This document shows positions 1 through 12,022 of a stretch of 64,000 nucleotides of DNA, in pieces (the stretch's first letter is position 1; every line of letters begins with the position of its first letter). This DNA comes from Klebsormidium nitens (lineage: Eukaryota; Plantae; Klebsormidiophyceae): contig DF237036.1 of NCBI GenBank assembly GCA_000708835.1, forward strand, positions 153,447 through 217,446, given 5' to 3'. The position numbers and the translations under genes are program-made. Below the pieces are notes generated by a model that worked only from the letters and a program-made list of their open reading frames with translations, was not told the DNA's origin and made no database searches.

Positions 1-3000
1 CGGGTCCACCTCGAAGATGGGCGACCGGTTGCCGTCCATGAAGAAGGCGGGCTTGCAGCTGCATGACGCAAGAGGTGACGTCAGCACCAGAAAAAAGTTT
101 GACGTAAGCATTTAATGAATTGAGAGTGTCCTCCGGTTGAAGCGAGGCTTTCTCAGGGTCCACTTTGAAGATGGGCAACCGGTCGGCAAAGGCGGGCTTG
201 CAGCTACACGGCGTAAGAGGTGACGTCAGCACCAGAGGGAGTTTGCATCAGCAATGGATAAGCTATGGGAGCCAGTGCCCTTGAATGAAGCAAGGCTTCC
301 TCAAGGGCACTCTTGACGATTGGCATGGCGAAGGCGGGTTTGCAGCTGTACGACATAAAAGGGTGAGGTCAGCACCAGGGGGCTGACATCAGCATGAATC
401 AGTCTGCTCAAATTGCCGATGGCGACCGCTTGCCTTTTGCTAAACTACGGATTCAAAGCAACAAAGAACTGGAGCTACTTGTAGGCCCACGAACTTTCTT
501 GCAAGCAAAAGAAAGAGCCGGAACGACTTAGCAGAAAAGGTTTCGAAACGAAGAGATCTGCAGAAGCCTCAAACAAGAGTAAAACGACTCGGATCCTGAC
601 AGAAAAGTCTCACCTCCCCACGATAACGGTGTCAAAGTACTGGAGCCACTTGTCGTCGCGCGGGATGTTCTTGCCGCACTTGCCGCACAGGTAGTTCATG
701 ACCACGTGGGTGTAGTCCCATAAGCTATTGGTCACCAGGAACGTGTTCCGGCCGGACTTGCGGATCATCTCCAGCATCGGCACAATCTGCTCGTCCATGA
801 AGATGTACCTGGGTGACAATAAGATGACGTCAGCATCAGAAGGTGAAGTCAGTGCGGGTGAGTGACGTCACCAGGAAGGTTTTGGGGCCCGAGATTGGAT
901 CATCTCCAGCATCGGCACAATCTGCTCGTCCATGAAGATGTACCTGGGCGAAAGTGGGTGACGTCAGGATCAGGAGGTGACGTCAGCGCGTTTGAGTGAC
1001 GTCACCAGGGAGGGAGCATCCCAGCATCGGCACAATTTGCTCGTCCATGAAGATGTACCTGGGCGAATCAAGGCGACGTGAGCAGCACCAAATGACGTCA
1101 GGCGGGTGTGAGTGACGTCACTGGGGACGTGCTGCGGCCGGGACTTGCAAAGAATCTCCAGCGTCCGCACGACTTGTTCGTCCATGAAGATGTACCCGGG
1201 CAGGGAGCGTTACTTCAGCTTCACAAAGTTACGTCAGCAAGGGTTAATAAGGTCAGCAGGGCGTTGCGATACTGGACGCTGCTGAGTTTGAGAGGTGACA
1301 ATTAGAAAGCTGAAACCGCATTGGTAAGGTCGGCTCGTCGTTTTTCGGAAAGTCGCAATAACGAGTACAGACGAATCTAAACGAAGTCACCGATACTCGA
1401 CGACGTCAGGACGGAATGGGCGCAGGAAAGGGGATGCGCGTCCAATTCTGTGCTGAGAAGAAGCCGCAGCCATTTCGAAACATTGGGCTTCAGAAGCATA
1501 GTAGCTCGACACAGGTTTCGTCTGAAATGTACCCTTGATGTACTGTAACTTATAATGAGGGACCGCTTTCCAGCACTTCCATTCTGGATGATCTGATGCA
1601 CAGACCGCACAGCAACGTGGACCTATGTCTCTCGTGGTAGCCAGAAGAGGAGGTCGCAAGGGGGCGGAGTGCGATGGATATACACGAAGGGAACAGAAGG
1701 AATAGAAAGGTGTTCGAGGAAGGGCTTGAAAAGTAAAGTCAAGAAGGGAAGAAGAAAAAGCAACATGCTCACTTCTCCGGATCCGCCGCTACGGCCCGCT
1801 TGAGGCTCCCGTCCCGGTGGCAAAGATCCACCGCCGCTCGCACGTCTTTATACAGCGTCGCGTAGTCGCGCTCCGGCGGCATCAGCTCCGGGTGCTCGTC
1901 TTTCAGATCGACGAGTTGCGCGAACAGGTACGCCTGGAGAGACGACGTCAGCGGGGTCAGGGATGACGTCAGCGGTTGAGAAAGCAAGCTGGAATAGAAG
2001 CAGCGTCGCGAAGTCGCATCACTTTGGAATGCTCGTCTTTCATATCCACGAGTTGCGTGAACAGGTATGCCTGAACGAAGGTGGCGCGATGTAAGACGCA
2101 ACGTCAGCAGACGACGAATTGATGTGCCGAGTCCGAGCGTGGAGGCACCGGGTTGAGGTGTTTGTCTCTCTACCACCTGCGCAAAGAGGTAACCCCTGGG
2201 TCGCAAGAAACGACGTCAGCGGAATCAAAGGTGACGTCAGCAGCTGAGACGACAGGCTGAGATGATAGCAGCGTTTCGTAGTCGCCCCCTCGAGCGGTCA
2301 GAGTGCACAGACTGATTGACCTTGGCCAGCGAGGAGAACGGGTCTGGAAACGCGTATTCTCGGCTCGTCGAATGTATCAAGACGGCGCGTTCTAGATTGA
2401 ACAGTCTCGCTTCAAGTGCACCTCTTCGTAATGAAAAAAAACTTCTCTTTCCTTACCTCTACTAACAAGGAGAGTGTACCATAAGCACGTAGCCAGCTCC
2501 TCGTGAGTATTTCCAGGAGGCGGGGTCAAGGTTACAATCTCTCACTAAGCGCAAACAGTTCGTAGCAGCAATGTGAGGGCGGTAGTTCTTTCCTTCCTTA
2601 CCTCAGCTAACGAGAAGAGCATATCGATAAGCGCGTAGTCCGGCTCGCCGTATGTATCTCGAGACGGCGCATCTCCGTTGAACAATCTCTTGTAAAAGCA
2701 CACGGGTTTGCAGCCTGAATGTAAAATGGCACCTGAACCTCACCTCGGCTAACGAGAAGAGGGTGTCAATAAGCGCATAGTCCGGCTCGTCGTATGCATC
2801 TTGCGCCGGCGCATCTCCGTTTTCAGAACCTCTTTAAGCGTATAACTTGTGTAGCTTAGTGAGAGGGCGGTAGATTCTTTCCTCCCTTATCTCCGCTAAT
2901 GAGAAGAGGGTGTCAATAAGCGCGTAGTCCGGCTCGTCTTATATATCTTGAGTCACCGCGCCTCCGTTGAACAATCTCCTGTAAAAGTACACGGGTTTGC

Positions 3001-6000
3001 AGCCTGATTGTAAAACGGCACCTGATCCTCACCTCGGCTAACGAGAAGAGGGTGTCAATAAGCGCATAGTCCGGCTCGTCGTATGTATCTCGGGACGGCG
3101 CGTTTCCGTACGTCTCCAGACGGGCGTCCCTCGTCATCTCCCGGAACCCGTGGTACGCGATCTTGACGTACTTGTGACGGTCCATCTGGGTTCAGAAAAC
3201 GTCAGGGGTGGTTAAGCAGGTTGAGGAAGGGTTACGATTGCGAACACGGTCGAGATGCGTCGGGGCGTCTCCTACAGTTGTTAAGACTTCTGGTATGCAG
3301 TCTTCACGTACTTATGACCGTCCATCTGAGTTTAGAAGGCGTTCAGATCAGTTTGGGACTCATTTTGCGGAAGGCTACAAGACTAGCAGTGAAACCATGT
3401 ACTAGACGTGACAGAGGTTTCCTGTCTCCTCCTGAACTCGTGATTGCACAGTCCTCACGTTTTTGTGAACTGGTCTATTCCACGAGATGAAAAAGCAATG
3501 AGGAGAAACGAAGAGTAGGCTGGCTTTGGCTTGTAGTAAGGGTTCCTAACAATCCAATCGAAGCCGTTGATGTAAACTGCAGAGTGAACACGTTTCCTGA
3601 GTCTACTCGTGGCAGCTTGACTAGAAAGACAAGGGTTTCGCTTCTCTAAGGATGCATTACCTGCTAGCTCCGAAGAGGTCAGCGACGAAGTATCACGACA
3701 AAAAAATGTCAATGCAAGCTCGTACAAGCTTGCTGCATACTCTGATTTGGGGTTTCGCAAAAGGTCCTGAAGCTCCGACCTTCACCGAACTTCTGAGAAT
3801 TGACGGCCCAAAAATAACTCGCAGCCTGGACGTTGGAGAGCCACCTGCGGAAGCTGCCGTTCTCTAGATTGTGGCCCAATAGCTCTCGATCTCACACTGA
3901 CCCTTACAAGCAATTCTTTCTAGCCGAGGACTTTGACTTTGACCTTTGAACTGCAAAACCGAAACTCTCGAACCCTGGACCACCTTTCCTGAATTGGTAT
4001 CCTCAAATGCTGGAGCATAAGAGCCAGACCTTGGGTTCACGTCTTTACCTCCGAGAAAACATGCTTCACTGGAATCCTGTGAAGTCTGACACCGTTGACC
4101 TAACACTCTAAAGTCCTCTTTAAGAGACGGGAACCCACAACAAAAAAAGCGGAAACTATTCTCACCTTGAGGATGTTGCCTCGCTTTTTGTCGATTGCTA
4201 ACCCCCGCACCATGTACCGCCAGTCAAACTTCCATTCGAGGCAGTCCTGTGGGTAACCCAAGTTGTTAACCAGCTTCTTGATCGTCTCATGATACGCCAG
4301 CGTCTCGAACGTGTCGGGCCTGCACGGAAAAACTCTCCTGATTTATAGATACCAAGGTCGTCCCGCACGTTACGAATTTGCAGTTGAACCCAAGTTGTTG
4401 ACCAGCTTCTTGATCGTCTCATGCTACGCCAGCGTCTCGAACGTGTCGGGCCTGCACGAAAAACTCTTCTGATTTACAGATACTAAGGTCGTCCCGCACC
4501 TTAGGAATTTGCAGTTGAAGCGGTCCTGTGGAGAACCCACGCGCTTAACCAGCTTCTTCATCGTCTCATGTAACGGTTGTCAAACGATGAAGAGAATCTT
4601 CTGTCGAGAACAAACGGAGAATACAAACTGAGCCAATCCTTGTTCAGCTCTTGATGCATCTTCAAGATCTGAAGCATCTTCATCGGCCAAAAAACAGAAG
4701 TTTCTCTTAGGGGAGACAGTCAGGCCCACAAAGGTTGAATCAGATGGAGCACACTTCGCTTGCCTCTGGCAAAAGGTCCAACATTGCGACTGTGATTGGA
4801 TAGACAGAACATGTATTCTCTTACTTATACTGCGCGAGTGTGTAGTCCATGTCGAAGCCGACGGCCTTGATGCTCTTCATGTTGAGCGAGCGATTGCAGA
4901 AGATTTTGCGCCGGTAGTCGACCGGGCTGCACCATACCTGCGGTGTCAACAACGTTCTGGGGCCCAGAGAAGTACGGGAACTGACATTTCTTGTTCCTGG
5001 ATGATATACTAGAACTTGGTTGAACAGCCAATGTAGTTGTTGACAAGGTAAAGAGTTACGCGACGCAGTTCGTGTGAGAATCGGCTCTGGAATCTCAAAA
5101 AGGACTGAAGACAAGCCCTTGGCCATCCTATGCGCCACTGTTATTTCAGGCCATGAAACTGGGTGAATCCATGTATACTATGCCGAATCATCTGTTGACA
5201 ATGAGTTGTGCAAGCTGCTGATCTCAATTGCCAAACAAGATTGGTTTCTGAGATCCTTATGGGAAGGCCTATCCTGACCATAGCTAGCATGTTTGTCCTG
5301 AAGGCTCCAGATACAAGTGAAACAAAACTCAGATTCTTTTTCTGCGAAAAATAAGACAGCGTTTTTCAAACCGTGCCAATTCATACTCAGGAACCCACCT
5401 TGCTGGTCCAAGGAGGAGAATCTAAGTCCGGTCGCGCCACCGGAATCGGTTCCCCTGTAATCGGCGGCGGCACCGGTTTCCACCGTTCCTTCACTTCCTG
5501 GCGCATCCGCCCCTTCACGTCCTCTCCCACCTCATGCACATTTACACCAGCCCCGTTCACACTGAGCCCATTTACACTATTTTCATCCATTGCTTTCTGC
5601 AAGCTTGCGGCGCTTTCTGAAAGCCCCGCGCTGTTGAAAACGCCCGTTTCTGCATCTCCTGAACGGCCCAAATGAGCCAGCAACCGGTCGGCGCCCTCGC
5701 TAGCTGCCACGTTTTCCTCCTCAATCCTCTCCTCCGCCTCTAGTTCTTTCCTTTCCCTCTGCGTGTGCGACTTTCCATTTGCAGACGCTTCTCTCCTCAC
5801 GGACGCATTTGTCCCTGTCTTGCTGTCTGAACCGCCGACCCTTTCGGTTTCAAAACCCCTAGAATTGGCAACGGGGTCGTTAGCCACCCCCCCGCCTGGA
5901 GATCCCTGATGATCACGCATGCTCGAAACGCACCGCAAGCCCGTGCGCCTTATCCTGGTTTCACCGGCGCCTATTCGCGCCTGCCCCAAGCTGAAGGGGC

Positions 6001-6262
6001 TTTCCTCTAACCCTGCCCTAAACCTGCCCGAACCCAAGCTTTCCTCAACGCCTTGCCTGCAAGCATCCCCGAATCGTCGCCCGGAGAATGCACCGATTGA
6101 TGCAAGAGTTTGCAAACTAGACGATGAACTTTCTACCCATTTGGAAGAGCGACCAAATATGGAAGGGGCCGATGCCTGCGTACTGAAAGAAAGAGACGGG
6201 CCTTGTGAGAAGCAGCTCGAGAGCGGAGCTGCCGCGGCCGTTGATCTGCTGAGCACAGCCAT
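1..6262 (-). CDS. HAD-superfamily IG (cN-II-like) 5'-nucleotidase with a long, probably plastid-targeting N-terminus; multi-exon, 3' end lies outside the window
   Basis: Phase-compatible GT-AG exons: 6262-5399 (MAVLSRSTAAAAPLSSCF..PPWTSK), 4937-4825 (..IFCNRSLNMKSIKAVGFDMDYTLAQYK, HAD motif I), 4319-4166 (PDTFETLAY..YMVRGLAIDKKRGNILK), 3185-3033 (MDRHKYVKIAYHGFR..LIDTLFSLAE), 1933-1773 (AYLFAQLVD..DLCHRDGSLK), 808-614 (..FLVTNSLWDYT..FDTVIVG), 58-1 (SCKPAFF..IFEVDP). The ATG at 6262 was chosen over the ORF-track TTG at 6580. Confidence 0.92.
60..450 (-). repeat. Degenerate ~145-bp tandem copies of the exon-7 acceptor junction of the 5'-nucleotidase
   Basis: 'ggcgggcttgcagct' at ~46-60 recurs at ~191-205 and ~333-347, with a partial copy at ~415-440. 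Each copy includes exon-like sequence and flanking 'gtgacgtcagcaccag'. Confidence 0.85.
880..1210 (-). repeat. Three degenerate copies of the exon-6 acceptor junction
   Basis: 'tcgtccatgaagatgtacc' (real junction at ~791-809) recurs ending at ~943, ~1059 and ~1196. Confidence 0.9.
2300..3030 (-). repeat. Five degenerate ~145-bp copies of the exon-4 3' half plus donor site
   Basis: 'gagaagagggtgtcaataagcgc.tagtccggctcgtc' (real at ~3043) recurs at ~2901, ~2753, ~2611, ~2467 and ~2331, decaying with distance from the exon. Confidence 0.9.
4330..4570 (-). repeat. Copies of the exon-3 acceptor junction
   Basis: 'ccagcttcttgatcgtctcatg..acgccagcgtctcgaacgtgtcgggcctgcacg' at ~4400-4458 is almost identical to ~4270-4327; a more decayed copy lies at ~4520-4570. 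Confidence 0.88.
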
Positions 6263-7470
6263 ATTCACCCTGCCCACATTCACATTGTTCTTGATGCCTA
6301 CTGAGTTGCTGAGCACTGGGGGGAGCGAGTGGTTGCCTGGCTGACTTCGAAGGAGAGACAGATTCTCTAAGAGGCTGACCAGTCGTCCTGTGAGCCGCAA
6401 CTGACAGCCACCCTCTTCTAGTTGTCCCGCAACCGGCGCCCCCCTTCCTTTTACCCAAGTAGCAGACCTAGTCCCAGATTGTAGTGATTTGCTGGCCGAT
6501 GTTGAGGCAAAAGCACTCTCTTCGGCCAATGAGATCTTAGCTAGTTTTGCAAACCCTCGACATGCATCCCAAGTTCCCAATGCCCGTTTGAGATGAGTTG
6601 CGAGAATGCGCGCGGGGCGGGCTTGAATGAGCGCCGTTGTTGCTGATCTTTAGGGGCCTGAAAAGCGGCCTTGCGAAAAACGGTGGGCCCAGACAGTAAG
6701 AAGTGCATCAAAGCTTTGTCACATTTCCAGATGACGGACCTGATTTGCATGAAGCAAAACGGATAAAAGGGCACCAACAAGGTCTGCCGCACCTCTTCTT
6801 TCAAGCAGTATACTCAAGTCAAGGCCTACTTTCTCCTCTTTGGAAATGTTTGGCCTCGAGACGCAAAATGAAGAGGCTGCAATGCCAGCTCCTTTCCTTC
6901 TTTCCTTTGCTGTTGAAAGGAATTTAAAAATTCAAATGCATGAGATTCTTGACTCATGCATTCTTGACAAGGCAACATGCAACTGCACGGCGCAGACTGC
7001 AGTCTCAAAAGCGAGATTCTGTTGAAGGGTTCGGACGTGAATCCTCGTCCCAGAGTCGAACATTGGAAGGTTTTCTGGACGTCCGATAGCATCATCATTT
7101 GCTGAATGACAGGTGGCGTCCTCATAGAGCTCCGGACCACGTGACAGCGAAGATCCATGACGTAAGCGAGGCTGAGTGCCCGCACGCGCGAGCGGATGCA
7201 TTGCACCACCACAACAGTTGCAAAAGCTTGGGCAAAACTGCCAATGGCAAAAGCCTGGCTCTGATGAGCCAGCAAAATCCATTTTTGGAGAAGTGGACAA
7301 ATGCTTCTCAAGTCTTTCAAGTTCCAACGTCTCATTGTCTGCGATGGCTCAAGGGCCACATTTGTACTACAATTCTTCTTTATTAGGAACCGCTCTTGCT
7401 GAGCTGTGTGGAAAAGCTCTTCTGATCTTGGTTGGGTAGAGTTTCGAACTTGGAAGTAGACACTTTTACA

Positions 7471-10181
7471 ATGGCTAACCTGTCTGTCACTGTCAGTTAC
7501 ACCACCACTTTGCTCTTGAGCTTACTCTTTTGTTGCCTAGTATTACATGCAGAAGCGCGGAGCTTGCGCGTTGTACATCTAGCTCACTATTTTGAACCAG
7601 TTACAATCAAAGACTCCGTTTCATTAAGGAGCACAGAGTCTCAGCAATCTGCGCAAGAATTAGAAGCAGCTCCATTACGCTTGAAGCAAGTTCTGCGTGG
7701 CGGCCAGCTGGGAAGACGCACGCTTTCTTTTGACAAAGGCAGAGCGCGTGAGTTGGAAACTGTTGACGCCGTGTTTACTCGGATACAAGAAGAATCTTCA
7801 AGACCGGAAGGTGGTGTCAAGGGCAATGGAGATAAAGGAATAGCGCCGGAAAGGGAACGTGACAGAAGCCTTGTGATTGAGAATGAGGTAAGAGCCATCA
7901 GAAGTGGCTTCATTCTGGAAGGATTTGAACCAGCAGCCTTCCAGTGTCTTGACAGGCTGCTTTTCGCATCAGCTGAGTTTGGTTCCCTCTTTCGAACTAT
8001 ATTCCACTGGGCTAATCGGGCAGGGCGGGGTTGAAAATCTCTGTTTACTGTTGCTTTCCACGCCAATCACTTTCTACCACCCGCAGTTCAGCTTACACGC
8101 CCCATATATTTTGACAAAGACCGGCTTATGGTTATCCACAGCTCACTACATCTGTCACAGGTTATCTATTAGAAGACGGCTCACAAACTTGTGTGTCTGT
8201 TTCAAGCTACCACCGAAGCTGAGCTGGCTAGCTGCACGACACCTTATCATGGTGATTATCTGATTACAGCCCAAGGGTTTTATTGGGCCGCCTGATTGAC
8301 AACTTGACACACCCAGTGCTGCCAGCTCAATGTGTATCGCCATTGATTGATCCTGCCCTTTGTTTTCGAAACAAATAGGACGGCTGACAAGCATTTGGAG
8401 ATGTAGGGACACCGTGTGATAGGACTTCATTGTCAGCTCCTGCGAGAATCAAGCCCATTTCGCAGAGAATCGTGGGTCAGAATCTGTTCCACGGTCTACA
8501 TCTTGGGAATTTCTTTATTTCTTTGATCTATTGCAAAGAAAGAGTTCAAGTACAGCAGGCTTTGCAATCAAAACAATCCACGAGCAGCACTGAAAATTCC
8601 TATGTCACTGTCATTTCCCCTAGGCAACCAAGTTCGGTACTGTATTTTACACTTGAGATAGACATTCACTCAGTGGTCGTTGATGACTTTGTTACCATTT
8701 TTCACGTGACCACCATTCTGAGCCCTGGTCACAGTTCATTCTACAGGCGATGATTGTCATGGTCGTGACTGAATCCTCTGACAACTGTTGAAAGCTGGCT
8801 GAGGTCCTCATTACTTCCTTTTTAATGCTGGAATCTGATATGCAGTCTTATGAGATTGTTGGAGGAGGGAATGCACGGTAAAATGCAAGCGACCTTTCTA
8901 CAAGCATTTCGAAACTGGGTTTCGAGTGGCAGCGATTCTAAGCACAGCTGTTGACATCGTAATGACTGGGCTTTCAGCGTTTTTCTTCTGGTCAGGTTGT
9001 TTTTTCCATCCGTGCAGGACGAAGGAAAGCTCGACATGCCACCCTTCCCTCCTCGTCGAACACCGACCCCAGAACCCACTCCCGAACCAACTCCTGAACC
9101 AACTCCCAAACCCACTCCTAAGCCGACTCCAAAGCCCACTCCAAAACCCACTCCCAAACCCACGCCCAAACCCACCTCGAAACCCACTCCAAAGCCGACT
9201 CCAAAACCAACTCCCGAACCAACCCCCAAACCGACACCCAAACCAACGCCAGAACCAACTCCAGAACCAACGCCAAAACCGACGCCTAAACCGACCCCAA
9301 GACCGACTCCAAAACCAACGCCTAAACCAACCCCAGAACCAACCCCCAGGCCAACCCCAAAACCAACTCCGAAACCCACTCCTGAACCAACTCCAAAACC
9401 CACGCCAAAGCCCAAGCCTACGCCTGAGCCCACTCCAAAACCGACGCCAAAACCGACTCCCAAACCCACCCCTGAACCAACCCCCGAACCCCCTCCTAAA
9501 CCGACCCCAAAACCGACTCCCGAACCCACCTCCGAACCGACCCCTAAACCAACTCCGAAACCCACTTCCGAACCTACTCCTAAACCAACTCCGGAACCGA
9601 CTCCTGAACCAACTCGCAGACCCACTCAAAGGCCTACGTCCAAACCGTCACCCGAGCCAACTCGTGAACCCACACCCAAACCCACTTCCGAACCTACTCC
9701 TGAACCAACTCACAAACCCACTGGCAAACCCACTGGCAAACCGTCAGCCGAGCCAACTCGGGAACCCACGCGAGAACCCACCTCTAAACCCACATCTAAA
9801 CCGGGTCCGACTCCTAAACCCACACGAGAACCCCCTGAACCCCCTCCAAAGCCAAGCCCTCCTGAACCGTCGCCTTCTCCGGATCATAGGCGCCGTTATT
9901 ACATTCCGGTTCCGGTCATCATACTTTTGAGTTTTCTTTGGGTGGGCTGCTTTTGTGTGCGCGATAGGATAGAAGCGACTTGGGGTTGGGCGGAGAAAGA
10001 ACTAGAGCCGAGACTCAGAGACGTGGAGGCGAGTCCGTTGTTAGGGGGGGAGGATTCCGTTGCTTCGGCCGAGGGAACGGACAGCGAAACGGAAGAGACG
10101 GAGAAGGATCGTAGGATCACGCGAACAAAGTCAACGGAATTGCGGCAAGAATCGAGCTCCGCACTCGGAAGTTCGAACTGA
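7471..10181 (+). CDS. Proline/threonine-rich (extensin/mucin-like) single-pass membrane glycoprotein, about 526 aa
   Basis: Exon 1 7471-7887 (signal peptide [30 protein letters not shown]; donor GAG|GTAAGA) joins in phase 0 to exon 2 9018-10181 (acceptor ccgtgcag|GAC). Exon 2 has TPKP/TPEP repeats, a TM segment ([21 protein letters not shown]) and an acidic tail. Extra exons in between are not excluded. Confidence 0.75.
9060..9870 (+). repeat. Coding 12-bp minisatellite (T-P-K/E-P)n
   Basis: About 65 PT(P/S)(K/E)-type units, with third-position variation that preserves the frame. Confidence 0.95.
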
Positions 10182-12022
10182 GTAGAGGTTTTATAGAAGT
10201 TCTCTCGAATCTAGGGCAACGGCAAGAGCGGACAGTTAGATAAGCGATCCGTGGAAATATGGTTATGTGTACAGCCTTTGTGTTTGTGTAGTCGGGGAGT
10301 CCGGTACGGGAGCAGCCTGAGATATTATAGATAGCGACTGGAGTTAAGTTGGTCGGGTGATTTAGAGCCTGGGGCATGCAAGCATTGATTAGTTGTCGGC
10401 CCGACTGAGTTTCACGGTGCCTGTTGCTAAGTTTTTGCAGCTTAATCACAAGGTCAGCATGAGCGAACCATGGTACGGTAGAAGGTGTAAGCGAACGGTT
10501 ACGTCTGATGGATCTGACAGTGGATATGACCAAACCATAATGCGTTTGGTAATCTGAGCGTACGTGGCCCGCGCTATCGTCAATCTCGAGCGAGCTTGAC
10601 TTCGAGTTAGCACCGTACACGGCTGGGCGTAGGACTAGATAGGGCGGAGTTGACCAGATTATATGACGGCATTGTAAGATATAGCCCCACCGAGAGGCAT
10701 GGTGAAAATGTTGCGAAGGAGAAAGAGGACTCGAGCAGGCGCCCATTCACCCGTCTTGCTATGACTTTGGATCGATTGACTTCATCATTGCATGCATGCG
10801 TGGCATGTATCCCTGTGAAAGCCTGCAGTGCATTTGCTTCTACGCTTTGGATCGGCGCAGTGACCCGGCTGCATAATGGGCATGCGTATCTCAGTCTGAG
10901 CTAGGTATGGGGGCCATCCACCGGCAAGACTTATGAGGATCCACTGAGCCAGGCTATTTTTGGTGAGTGCGCCAATTTCGATCGTCGGCCATCTCAAATC
11001 ATCACATGGTCGTGGCCGCCCGTTCCGCCTGGCGTCGCCCCAGACTTTCGAATGATCGATATCAGAGACTCAGACACGGGCATGAGCCTGCAAGCCGACT
11101 GCCGTATCTAATTTGTGCCTCACTACCTAGTATGTTTCATCCTTTGATCCAGGTCTCGGTATAGACCCCCTGATTTGGGAATCTACTTTCGAGTTTCTGG
11201 CAGAGTTTGGAAAGATCAGTAAGCTTGAGTCAGTAGACTCGTGCCGGGCGGTTCATGAGTAGCTTAATTCACAAGAGTGCAGTATATCAATACGCCACGC
11301 ACGTCATTGAAGATCGGATATCATATTGAAACAGTATCTGTTCAATAAGCTGAGCGGCGCGGCCCAACATTGTTGTTACGCCCTTATACCCGTACACAAA
11401 ACCAGACACAAATTTGTCCCTGAGATGGAACTTACATTCTCGATGCACGTTTGGAACCATGCAATGATCATCGGCGGTCACATTCAACGTTCATCAAATA
11501 AGCATGGGCGGCTTGCATAAGAATCGGACGTATGTCTCCCTCTCACGTACGGTATATTCAGGCAAACGTCTTAGCTAAGCTTGCGGTTGTGCTTCTACAA
11601 CCGTCAAGAGCAGTCCAAGACCCGAAGCCTGTTGCCTCTCAAGTCTGCATGCGCCTCTCCCTGTTCAAAGCCTGGACTTATCCTTCACATGCAACTCAAG
11701 AAGTAGAACTTCCATCAGAGAGTTGCTGCACGTACCTTCCTGATTCAAACTGATCTCGTTTTACCTTGTACACTATATAGTCATGGCATACCTTGCTTGC
11801 TAGTATGGTCAAATTGGCTGCTTTGCTCTATCGATTATCTGGCCATCTCTATCTCACTTCATTCTATCCAAATTTTTGCCAAGTTGCTGCGCTTACACTC
11901 TCTAGGCGCCGCGGCGCCGTCCATCCTCTAAGCGTACTATACATATGTTATAGTAACACTGCCTGCTTATATTAATTCTTTTCGGGCCCTCCCGATTCGT
12001 TTCCGAGTTGAACGCCACGAGC

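Noticed and set aside
6826-7359. 177-aa and 131-aa minus-strand ORFs (Cys-rich CHWQFCPSFCNCC)
   Set aside because: They overlap in different frames, have no recognisable domain or clear splice support, and lie in the divergent promoter region. A small gene cannot be fully excluded.
8822-9930. GVG-rich, RFRSW-rich and NPL-rich ORFs
   Set aside because: These are antisense or alternate-frame shadows of the TPKP coding repeat.
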